This document shows, in pieces, positions 56,513 to 64,000 of a DNA stretch of 64,000 bases. The notes under the pieces were generated by a model. That model made no database searches. It was given only the letters and a program-made list of their open reading frames with translations, and was not told where the DNA came from. Source of the DNA: Muribaculaceae bacterium (GTDB lineage Bacteria > Bacteroidota > Bacteroidia > Bacteroidales > Muribaculaceae); contig JAIDYR010000073.1 of NCBI GenBank assembly GCA_029057985.1, forward strand, positions 5,748 through 69,747. The letters are read 5' to 3'. The translations under genes were made by a program, and so were the position numbers. How positions within the stretch are numbered: position 1 is the stretch's first letter; each line of letters begins with the position of its first letter.

Positions 56513-57847
56513 TCAGGAGAAGAGCTTTTCGACTTTAGAGAAAGTCCCGCTCAGGCAGAAGACAACCACATAGTCTCCGGGTAGGATTCGGGTCATACCT
56601 GAGATAAGTTCGCAATTGTCGCCTCTGACCAAGGCTGCCAAAGTCATTCCGAATGGAAGATGCAGATCCTTTACGGGTGCTTTAGTAATTTTCGAGCCTT
56701 GTTTAGCCTGAAGTTCCGCTACCTCGGCGTCCGCGAGGACAAGGAATTTCGCGCTGCTTTCATCCGCATCAAGGAGGAGTTTGAAAATGCGTGAGGAAGC
56801 GAGAAGTTTTTTATTGATGATAGTGCCTATGTTGAGGTTTTCCGCCTGTGAAAAGAATTGCAGGTTTTCGACATCGGCAATAGTCTTGGGCACTCCGAAT
56901 TCCTTTGCCGTCAGGCATGAGAGGATGTTGCCCTCCGAAGAATCGGTCATGGCCAGGAATGCATCATATTGATAAATGTTGTTTTCTCTGAGAACTTCGA
57001 TATCCCGACCGTCGCCGTGGACAACCTCGCAGTCAGGAAGATTGGTAGCCATCTCTTCGCAAAGGGCGCGATCCGATTCGATGATCCGCAGATCATATTT
57101 GTCGCCGTAAAGGGTTGCGAATCTCCGCGTAATGCGTGTGCCTCCCATCAGCATAGCCCTCTTTATCACTCTCTTTCGCTTCCCGCATATCTCCCTTACT
57201 TCATCAATAAATGGGGGAGTAGTGATGAAATAAACGATATCGTCGTGGCGCAATTCGTCGTTACCGGTAGGGATAATCGTCTCGTTGTTACGCTTGATAG
57301 CTGCTACGTGGAAATCGTGGGTAGTAACGGTTATATCGCGAAGTTTCTTATCAATCAGTTCGGATTTACTGTGAAGTTTGACTCCAATAAGTACCAACTG
57401 ACCGTCGTGCAGTTCACCCCAATAGCGGGCCCAATTGTGAGACAGAGCAAGATGAATCTCCTGAGCCGCAAGATTCTCCGGGTAGATGAGATAGTCCGCT
57501 CCTATTTCCTTAAGAATCTTTCCGTTTTCAGGGCGAAGAAATTCAGAGTTATCAATTCTTGCGACAGTCTTTTTGGCGCCAAGTCTTTTAGCTATCGAGC
57601 ATGATGTAATGTTGCGTGTCTCGAATGGTGTCACTGCGATATATAGATCGCAATCCTTTACCCCGATATCGCGCAAGGTCTGAAACGAGGATGTGCTCCC
57701 TGTCCAGGTCATCAGGTTATAATTCGAGTCCAGAGAGTCGAGTTTATTTTGCTCGCTGTCGATCAGGATGATATCCTGGTCTTCTCGTGAGAGCATTTTT
57801 GCCAGATGGCAGCCTACCTCTCCGGCTCCTGCAATGATTATCTTCAA
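56513..57847 (-). CDS. trkA: Trk system NAD-binding peripheral subunit
   Basis: 444 aa. It has two RCK/KTN Rossmann domains (MKIIIAGAGEVG.. and a second repeat GGTRI). The start is an apparent TTG (TTG AAG ATA ATC = MKII), and there is no nearby ATG. Confidence 0.9.
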   Translation of the reverse strand: MKIIIAGAGEVGCHLAKMLSREDQDIILIDSEQNKLDSLDSNYNLMTWTGSTSSFQTLRDIGVKDCDLYIAVTPFETRNITSCSIAKRLGAKKTVARIDNSEFLRPENGKILKEIGADYLIYPENLAAQEIHLALSHNWARYWGELHDGQLVLIGVKLHSKSELIDKKLRDITVTTHDFHVAAIKRNNETIIPTGNDELRHDDIVYFITTPPFIDEVREICGKRKRVIKRAMLMGGTRITRRFATLYGDKYDLRIIESDRALCEEMATNLPDCEVVHGDGRDIEVLRENNIYQYDAFLAMTDSSEGNILSCLTAKEFGVPKTIADVENLQFFSQAENLNIGTIINKKLLASSRIFKLLLDADESSAKFLVLADAEVAELQAKQGSKITKAPVKDLHLPFGMTLAALVRGDNCELISGMTRILPGDYVVVFCLSGTFSKVEKLFS

Positions 57848-57914
57848 ACTTAAAAGTTCGGTTAAAGGTTTATGAGCTTATTGGAGTCTTTTGGGGAGTC
57901 AATAATTGACCGGG

Positions 57915-59882
57915 TTATCTCATGTTTTTGACCTCAAGGGCGATGGATTGGGCATCAATGCCTGCTAATTCCCTCAGTTCAGCGACACTCCCCTGTGCAA
58001 TCCAGGCATCAGGAATGCCCAGAATTTTTAACTTGATCTGCTTGTCGGCTACATTATCAGCAATCCATTGGGCTACGGCCGAGCCGAACCCCCCTTGTCT
58101 GGCCCCGTCTTCAACAGTCACTATGCAGTTATAGCGTTCGGTTATCTCTTTGAGGAGCGTATCATCAAGGGGCTTGAGCCATATCATATCGTAGTGGTCA
58201 GCCTTGATACCGCCGTTTTTGAGAATTTCGATTGCTTTCATTGCCTCGTTGCCGATTTCTCCGATTGTCAATATCGCAGTTTGGGAGTCTGCTTGCTGCG
58301 ATATGATTCTTCCTTTCCCGATTTCGAGAGCTTTTATTTCATCAATCTCATAGACCGGAGCAGGCATTTTGGGCGTTTTGCCACGTGGATATCTGATAGC
58401 GAGAGGTCCGTCATGACTTGAGGCGGTCAGCATAAGGCCTTGAAGAGAAGGAGAGTCCATCGGGGCGGCAACAGCCATTCCCGGGATGCAACGCAGATAG
58501 ACAAGATCGAAGAGGCCATGATGGGTAACTCCATCCTCCCCGACAAGCCCTGCGCGATCGATACAGAATGTCACGGGAAGACCCTGAATAGAGACGTCAT
58601 GAATTATGTTGTCGTAGGCCCTTTGAAGGAATGAAGAGTAGATAGCGACGAAAGGATGTTTGCCGGCAGCTGCGAGGCCGCCAGCAAAAGTGACTGCATG
58701 CCCTTCCGAGATGCCGACATCAAACGTCCGCTTCGGGAAGGCTTTCATCATCAGTCCGAGTGATGTACCGGAAGGCATTGCCGCGGTAATGCCGACAATG
58801 TCATCATTATCCCGCGCTAACATGACGAGAGTTTGTCCGAATACTTCCTGCCAGAGCATTGCGCAATCGGGTGATTTGCCGGGACGTTCTCCCGAGTGCG
58901 GATCAAACTTACCGGGGGCATGCCATGTTGTCGGATCTTCTTCTGCTTTAGCAAAGCCTTTACCTTTCACGGTGTGGACATGCAGTATTCTGGGTCCCTC
59001 CATATCCTTAATCTCATTCAGGACTTTGACCACAGCTTCCACGTCATTCCCGTCTATAGGTCCGAAGTATCTGATATTCAATCCTTCAAATATATTTTGC
59101 TGATTGTTGATCAGAGCTTTTACGGAATTGTTGAATCTCATGATGCGACCCTTGCCGTGATCTCCTATATACCCTCTGTTGCGGAAAGCATCGTAAATTT
59201 TCTTACGCAGGCGATTGTAGCCGACTGAAGTATGCAACCGGGATAGATATCTGTGCAATGCGCCTACATTATCGTCGATGCTCATCTCATTATCATTAAG
59301 GATGATCAGCAGGTCGTTGGGGTTGTTGGCTGCGTTGTTGAGTCCTTCAAAAGCTAATCCGCCTGAAATGGAAGCATCCCCGATGAGCGCTACGGTTTTT
59401 CTTTTCTCGGATCCGGGGGTCAACTTATCGGCTATTGCCATCCCCAAAGCTGCCGAAATAGAGTTGGAGGCGTGGCCTGCCACGAATGTGTCGTAAGGGG
59501 ATTCCATTGGAGAGGGGAACCCGGAAATTCCGCCGAGTGTACGCTGAGTATTGAAATCCTTCAATCTGCCCGTCAGGAGTTTATGGGCGTATGCCTGATG
59601 CCCCACGTCGAATACAATGCGATCGACAGGGGTATTGAAAACGTAATGTAATGCCACGATGATCTCCACCGCCCCCATGCTTGAGGCGAAGTGGCCCGGG
59701 TTTCGGGAGAGTGATTTGATAAGATAGTCGCGCAGTTCCCGACAGACTACCGGCAGAGCTCCAACGGGGAGTCTGCGAAGATCCTCCGGAGAGTAGATAC
59801 GTGAAAGAAGCGGAGGGACAGAGGAGTGCGTGCCTACTTCTTCTTTCGTGTCTGCGACAGTGGTTGAAGGTATCTCTTCCAT
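57915..59882 (-). CDS. dxs: 1-Deoxy-D-xylulose-5-phosphate synthase
   Basis: 655 aa with DVGHQAY.HK.LTGR, the ThDP motif GDASISGGLAFEGLNN..NDN, and transketolase-like C-terminal domains. Confidence 0.95.
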   Translation of the reverse strand: MEEIPSTTVADTKEEVGTHSSVPPLLSRIYSPEDLRRLPVGALPVVCRELRDYLIKSLSRNPGHFASSMGAVEIIVALHYVFNTPVDRIVFDVGHQAYAHKLLTGRLKDFNTQRTLGGISGFPSPMESPYDTFVAGHASNSISAALGMAIADKLTPGSEKRKTVALIGDASISGGLAFEGLNNAANNPNDLLIILNDNEMSIDDNVGALHRYLSRLHTSVGYNRLRKKIYDAFRNRGYIGDHGKGRIMRFNNSVKALINNQQNIFEGLNIRYFGPIDGNDVEAVVKVLNEIKDMEGPRILHVHTVKGKGFAKAEEDPTTWHAPGKFDPHSGERPGKSPDCAMLWQEVFGQTLVMLARDNDDIVGITAAMPSGTSLGLMMKAFPKRTFDVGISEGHAVTFAGGLAAAGKHPFVAIYSSFLQRAYDNIIHDVSIQGLPVTFCIDRAGLVGEDGVTHHGLFDLVYLRCIPGMAVAAPMDSPSLQGLMLTASSHDGPLAIRYPRGKTPKMPAPVYEIDEIKALEIGKGRIISQQADSQTAILTIGEIGNEAMKAIEILKNGGIKADHYDMIWLKPLDDTLLKEITERYNCIVTVEDGARQGGFGSAVAQWIADNVADKQIKLKILGIPDAWIAQGSVAELRELAGIDAQSIALEVKNMR

Positions 59883-60052
59883 AAGGGATAGATGATGATG
59901 AATCCGGAAAACGCGGCAACGAGCAAATTTTTCAAATTGATTCCGCCGCGGTCAAAAAGTAGAAAAACGAGTATAATCCATAAGAGGGCTAAGAAGATAA
60001 CGCCGACTAATTTGGAAGTTTCTCCACTTTTTTTCGAATTATTTTGTTTCAT
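59834..60052 (-). CDS. Possible small two-TM membrane protein (72 aa from the first ATG)
   Basis: ORF-track entry 59834-60088 starts at a GTG. The first ATG is at 60052 (MKQNNSKKSGETSKLVGVIFLALLWIILVFLLF..). The 3' end overlaps the dxs start by 49 nt in another frame. I recognise no homolog. Confidence 0.3.
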   Translation of the reverse strand: MKQNNSKKSGETSKLVGVIFLALLWIILVFLLFDRGGINLKNLLVAAFSGFIIIYPLWKRYLQPLSQTRKKK

Positions 60053-60112
60053 TGACGCGAATTTAGTAATTTTTTCTGATATTTTCACTAACTTTGTAGT
60101 CTAAATTTAAAT

Positions 60113-61225
60113 ATGAACATTTTAGAATTGTCAAAATTATCTTATATGCTGTATCGCTTTAATGCGGCCGGGCCTCTTTTTGCGCTCCTTGTCGTTGCGA
60201 CAACCCTTTTTTCTCTCTCTTCATGTGGTGGAAATTCTTCTGAGAGCGCTGTTGCAAATGTTGATTCTTCCCGGAACGGAATCTCGATGGATTCAGCTTT
60301 AAAGATTGCGGATGCCGATTCAGTGGCCAAAGCGGAAGAAAAGCCGGCTCCTTTGAAGATTAGGTCGAAAGCGGAGATTGATCAATATATTGCAAATTCC
60401 CCCAACAAAGCCCGCTATGAGGAGGGGATTATCCCGACAATTGCGGAGTATGTGCCGGAATATGCATCCAAGCTTCTTGATAACACTCATAATGGATTTC
60501 TCATCGTAGATAAAAACACGATGAAACTCTATCGCTATGACAAGTATGGTGTGCTTCAGGAAAGTGTAGGTATTGCCTGCTCAAAGTTCTATGGCACCAA
60601 ACATAAGAAAGCAGATAACCGCACGCCGGAAGGTTACTTCACAATTAAGGGGATATTCAATTCTACGGATTGGCTTTATACTAACGATGCCGGTTATACT
60701 TCGCCGGCCAAAGGTCAGTTTGGTCCGCGGTTTATGCGTCTCGACACTCCGGTCTCTCAGCAGATCGGTATCCACGGCACGGCTGCACCCGGCAGTATCG
60801 GCGGCCGACGCTCTCACGGATGCATCCGAATGACCAATGAAAACATAATGCGAATCCATAAACTTTGTGAATCCGGAATGCCTGTCATAGTGTCGCCCGG
60901 TCCGAGGGATATGGCTGTCAACGAGAGGGAAGGTTATCATGTGCCGTCAGTCCCCGTGACTAAAGGGGGAGTGCCCTGCAAGGCAGGTTCAGTGTCAGCC
61001 TATGAATTAAGCAATCCTGCATCCAAGACTCCTGCCAAGACACAGGAAGTGGATGTCGAGGCCACTGAAGACAACGTTCCTGACGCTTCAGAACAACCCT
61101 TACAGCAGGAAAGTCCGGCTGCCACTGAGCAGCAAGCTGCTCCTTCCAAGGTCGAGACTCCGACTCCTCCCGCAAAGGAAGAGTCGGAAGTTCCCGCTCA
61201 GAAGTCGGAGACGATAACTGAATAA
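60113..61225 (+). CDS. L,D-transpeptidase (YkuD domain) lipoprotein with a Pro/Glu-rich C-terminal tail
   Basis: 370 aa with the lipobox LFSLSSC and the YkuD active site HGTAAPGSIGGRRSHGCIRM. A TAACTTTG -7 box lies at 60089-60096. Confidence 0.85.
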   Translation: MNILELSKLSYMLYRFNAAGPLFALLVVATTLFSLSSCGGNSSESAVANVDSSRNGISMDSALKIADADSVAKAEEKPAPLKIRSKAEIDQYIANSPNKARYEEGIIPTIAEYVPEYASKLLDNTHNGFLIVDKNTMKLYRYDKYGVLQESVGIACSKFYGTKHKKADNRTPEGYFTIKGIFNSTDWLYTNDAGYTSPAKGQFGPRFMRLDTPVSQQIGIHGTAAPGSIGGRRSHGCIRMTNENIMRIHKLCESGMPVIVSPGPRDMAVNEREGYHVPSVPVTKGGVPCKAGSVSAYELSNPASKTPAKTQEVDVEATEDNVPDASEQPLQQESPAATEQQAAPSKVETPTPPAKEESEVPAQKSETITE

Positions 61226-61249
61226 AAAATTCTTTACTTCACCAGATTC

Positions 61250-64000
61250 ATGGCAGGCAACAAACAGACATACAGAGAGTCTTTCAATCCGGTAGTAGAC
61301 TTCGGCAACCATGACCGAAATCGTAGGGCGACAGAATCAGGCGATGGTGATGAAATAGTACGCATTGAAGGCAAAAAACGTCAGGGTCCCAAAGGCAACC
61401 GAGTAAAACCTGGTAAAAAGCGCGGTGCAGAACCCGCTGACGCAAAGAAAGCAAAGATATCCAAAAATACAAGGAGCAACGGAAGTTCTACCATATCCTC
61501 GATTAAGGATCTTCTTAACGGTCAGACAATGCGTTGGCTTTCCGGGATAGTACTCGGATGCTTTGCATTCTACCTCCTTGTGTCGTTTATTTCCTATTTT
61601 ACAAACTGTATCGAAGATCAGGCATCGATACTTAACTCGCCCGTTGGCTCTCTTCCTCCGGTAGGCAACAAAGGAGGGGAAGGAGGAGCCCGGCTCTCGG
61701 AATTTCTTATCAACGGATCTTTCGGGCTTGGATCATTTGTCATAATTCTTTGGCTCGGTGCTCTTGCATTGAAGCTATTGACCGGCTGGCCGCGATTCAA
61801 GACCGTGAATTTTACAATCAAATGTATTGTCGCTCTTATTACCGTATCTCTCATCATAGGGTTGCTGACTCTTGCTTCAGACACTCCCGTAAATTGGGGA
61901 GGCTATCATGGCCGATATGTCAATGAATATATTATCGGATTCTTCGGATGGATCGGCGCAGTCGTACTGTGTTTCCTTTTTGTGGCGGCTTTCTTCATAA
62001 TCTGTCTTCGTGACTTTGTCAATTGGGTTTTACGCAAAAGGAAAGAAATAGCCGACCGTAGGAAAGAGGCTCAGCGAATCAAGCACGAGCAGGAAGAGCT
62101 TGAACGTGAATTGGCAGAGATGCGTATGCGCGAGGAAATTGATGCTATTCGCGCCGGAGAGGCGGCTGATCTCAGATCCCGCGAAGTCAAGGATGAAGAC
62201 AATCCCATGACCTTTGCTGAAGACGAAGTTGATGTCGATCCTTCGCTTGCCGGCTATGATCTTGATGACGAGCCTATTGAAAAAGATCGGGAGCAGCTGG
62301 AATCAAGGGATGATGAATATCAGACTTCAGAAGAGAACGCAGATGAAGATAAAGAGGATTCAGCCGGATATTCAATAGAGGATTATTCCGATTCATCAGT
62401 TTCCGGAGATGATCAGCATTTAGGAGATGATAGAGCAGAATCCACTCATGACCTGCAATCGGATGAATCCGATTTAGAATCCGGAAATGCGGATTCTCAG
62501 GGCTTACAGACCGGTGTCCCGGTGTCGGAATCCTCCGGATCGGAAGAAAGCGATGAAACTCATGTCGCAGTCGATTCAGATCCCGATGATACTTCAGAAG
62601 TGAATGAAGACGCGGAAGACGAAAAAAATGACAAAATGGTAGTCAATGTGAATCATATCGCCAAGGCGGATGGTCCATCTCCTGAAACTGCCAATTCCGG
62701 TTCGCTTCGCGACAGATATAAATTCCCGTCATCAGAGATGTTGCGCGAATGCGAACATAAAGTTACCGTTGACATAGAGGAACAGCAGGCTAATAAAGAG
62801 AGAATCCGTGAGACTCTGCTTTATCATAAGATTCCCATTACAAATATTGAGGCGACCGTCGGTCCGACCGTCACTCTCTACGAGATTCGCCCCGAACAAG
62901 GAGTGAAGATTGCAAAGATTAAGAATCTGGCGGATGACATAGCGCTTAGTCTTGCCGCCACGGGCGTCAGAGTGATCGCCCCGATTCCGGGTAAAGGCAC
63001 AGTCGGCATCGAGGTTGCCAACGCCGAACCTCAGACAGTGTCGATGCGTACCATAATAGAAAGTCGCAAGTATGCAGAGAGTCGTTATAGATTGCCGGTT
63101 GCGCTCGGCTCGACTATCGAAAATGATGTATATATAGCGGATCTAACCAAAATGCCTCACCTTCTCGTAGCCGGCGCTACGGGACAAGGTAAATCGGTCG
63201 GTCTGAACGCTATCATTGCTTCGTTGTTATATAAGAAGCGACCCGATGAACTCAAGTTTGTAATGATCGACCCCAAGGAAGTGGAATTTTCCCTCTATGC
63301 AAAGATCGAATCCCATTATCTGGCTAAACTTGAAGACTCGGACGCAATCGTGACAGACATGTCTAAAGTAGTGCCGACGCTTCAATCTCTATGTCTGGAG
63401 ATGGACAATCGATATAAACTGCTCCGCACTGCCCAGGTGCGCAATATTGAGGAGTACAACGCCAAGATTGAGCGCAATCAGCTCAGTCCCTCCGAAGGCC
63501 ATCGATTCCTGCCTTACATAGTCTTGATTGTAGATGAGTTTGCAGACCTGATAATGACGTCAGGGAAAGAAGTGGAGACTCCAATCGCGAGACTTGCTCA
63601 GAAGGCCCGTGCAATCGGAATCCATGTAATCATAGCAACGCAGCGGCCTTCCACCAATGTCATCACGGGGATAATCAAGGCAAACTTCCCGGTAAGAATA
63701 GCTTTCCGTGTGACATCCGGAGTCGACTCCAAAACGATTCTGGATACTACCGGAGCCCAGCAACTTATCGGTCGGGGTGACATGCTGATCAGCAATAATT
63801 CCGAGATGGTGCGTGTCCAATGTGCATTTATCGATACTCCGGAAGTAAAGCAAATTTGTGAGTATATCGAACGTCAGCCATTTAATTCCGGTGCTTACAT
63901 TCTTCCCGATCCGATGGTTGGAGATGCCGGCGAAGGTGGAATGGGAGCGATTGGAGGTCCGGAAGTCCTTGACCCCCTCTTCCCGGAAGTCGCGGATATC
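61250..64000 (+). CDS. ftsK: DNA translocase FtsK/SpoIIIE, N-terminal 917 aa; continues past the right window edge
   Basis: Absent from the ORF track because it is open-ended. Hand translation from the ATG at 61250 gives MAGNKQTYRESF, then TM helices, an acidic linker, and MPHLLVAGATGQGKSVGLNA (Walker A, in frame at 63152) followed by IVIDEFADL-like LIVDEFADL. Confidence 0.9.
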   Translation, partial: MAGNKQTYRESFNPVVDFGNHDRNRRATESGDGDEIVRIEGKKRQGPKGNRVKPGKKRGAEPADAKKAKISKNTRSNGSSTISSIKDLLNGQTMRWLSGIVLGCFAFYLLVSFISYFTNCIEDQASILNSPVGSLPPVGNKGGEGGARLSEFLINGSFGLGSFVIILWLGALALKLLTGWPRFKTVNFTIKCIVALITVSLIIGLLTLASDTPVNWGGYHGRYVNEYIIGFFGWIGAVVLCFLFVAAFFIICLRDFVNWVLRKRKEIADRRKEAQRIKHEQEELERELAEMRMREEIDAIRAGEAADLRSREVKDEDNPMTFAEDEVDVDPSLAGYDLDDEPIEKDREQLESRDDEYQTSEENADEDKEDSAGYSIEDYSDSSVSGDDQHLGDDRAESTHDLQSDESDLESGNADSQGLQTGVPVSESSGSEESDETHVAVDSDPDDTSEVNEDAEDEKNDKMVVNVNHIAKADGPSPETANSGSLRDRYKFPSSEMLRECEHKVTVDIEEQQANKERIRETLLYHKIPITNIEATVGPTVTLYEIRPEQGVKIAKIKNLADDIALSLAATGVRVIAPIPGKGTVGIEVANAEPQTVSMRTIIESRKYAESRYRLPVALGSTIENDVYIADLTKMPHLLVAGATGQGKSVGLNAIIASLLYKKRPDELKFVMIDPKEVEFSLYAKIESHYLAKLEDSDAIVTDMSKVVPTLQSLCLEMDNRYKLLRTAQVRNIEEYNAKIERNQLSPSEGHRFLPYIVLIVDEFADLIMTSGKEVETPIARLAQKARAIGIHVIIATQRPSTNVITGIIKANFPVRIAFRVTSGVDSKTILDTTGAQQLIGRGDMLISNNSEMVRVQCAFIDTPEVKQICEYIERQPFNSGAYILPDPMVGDAGEGGMGAIGGPEVLDPLFPEVADI

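Noticed and set aside
62200-62640. Acidic, Ser/Asp/Glu-rich low-complexity stretch that looked like an insertion or repeat
   Set aside because: It is in frame within ftsK and corresponds to the variable linker between the membrane and motor domains that is normal for FtsK proteins.

Overview
This is a chromosomal, housekeeping-dominated segment of a Bacteroidales (Bacteroidota) genome. The taxon call rests on a fused lpxC-fabZ gene, a DUF4295 mini-gene behind rpmB-rpmG, a Na+-pumping methylmalonyl-CoA decarboxylase/epimerase cluster, a serine-palmitoyltransferase-like gene, and recurrent TTTG-N19-20-TAnnTTTG promoter boxes. I count about 50 protein genes, 41 on the minus strand. Both window edges cut genes that the ORF track misses: dnaK on the left and ftsK on the right. 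Main blocks, left to right: dnaK; spt-like; mce-mmdA-oadG-like-mmdC-mmdB (propionate pathway); lpxD-lpxC/fabZ-lpxA; a Crp/Fnr regulator; menD-menB-menC-menE; fmt; a ClC channel; a sugar phosphotransferase; tsaC; nadE; rpmB-rpmG-DUF4295; a secreted two-repeat protein; CinA-like/tsaD; tamB; prs; a GH13 enzyme; a patatin; DUF2975-HTH-pepO; menF; rimO; ftsY; a TonB-dependent receptor; a small-protein-plus-Ser/Thr-kinase operon; nrdD-maeB-nrdG; trkA-trkH; dxs; an L,D-transpeptidase; ftsK. I found no rRNA, tRNA, CRISPR array, transposase, integrase or prophage gene, and nothing that I can defend as a complete novel multi-gene system. The best second-look candidates are (i) three tandem 85-bp promoter-plus-structured-leader modules in front of nadE, (ii) the translationally coupled HTH-like protein and membrane-anchored Hanks kinase with a glycine-free P-loop, (iii) maeB wedged between nrdD and nrdG with a TGATG stop/start overlap, and (iv) several small repeat or hairpin architectures in intergenic DNA. 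All protein calls come from reading the supplied translations or my own hand translations. No database search was run.
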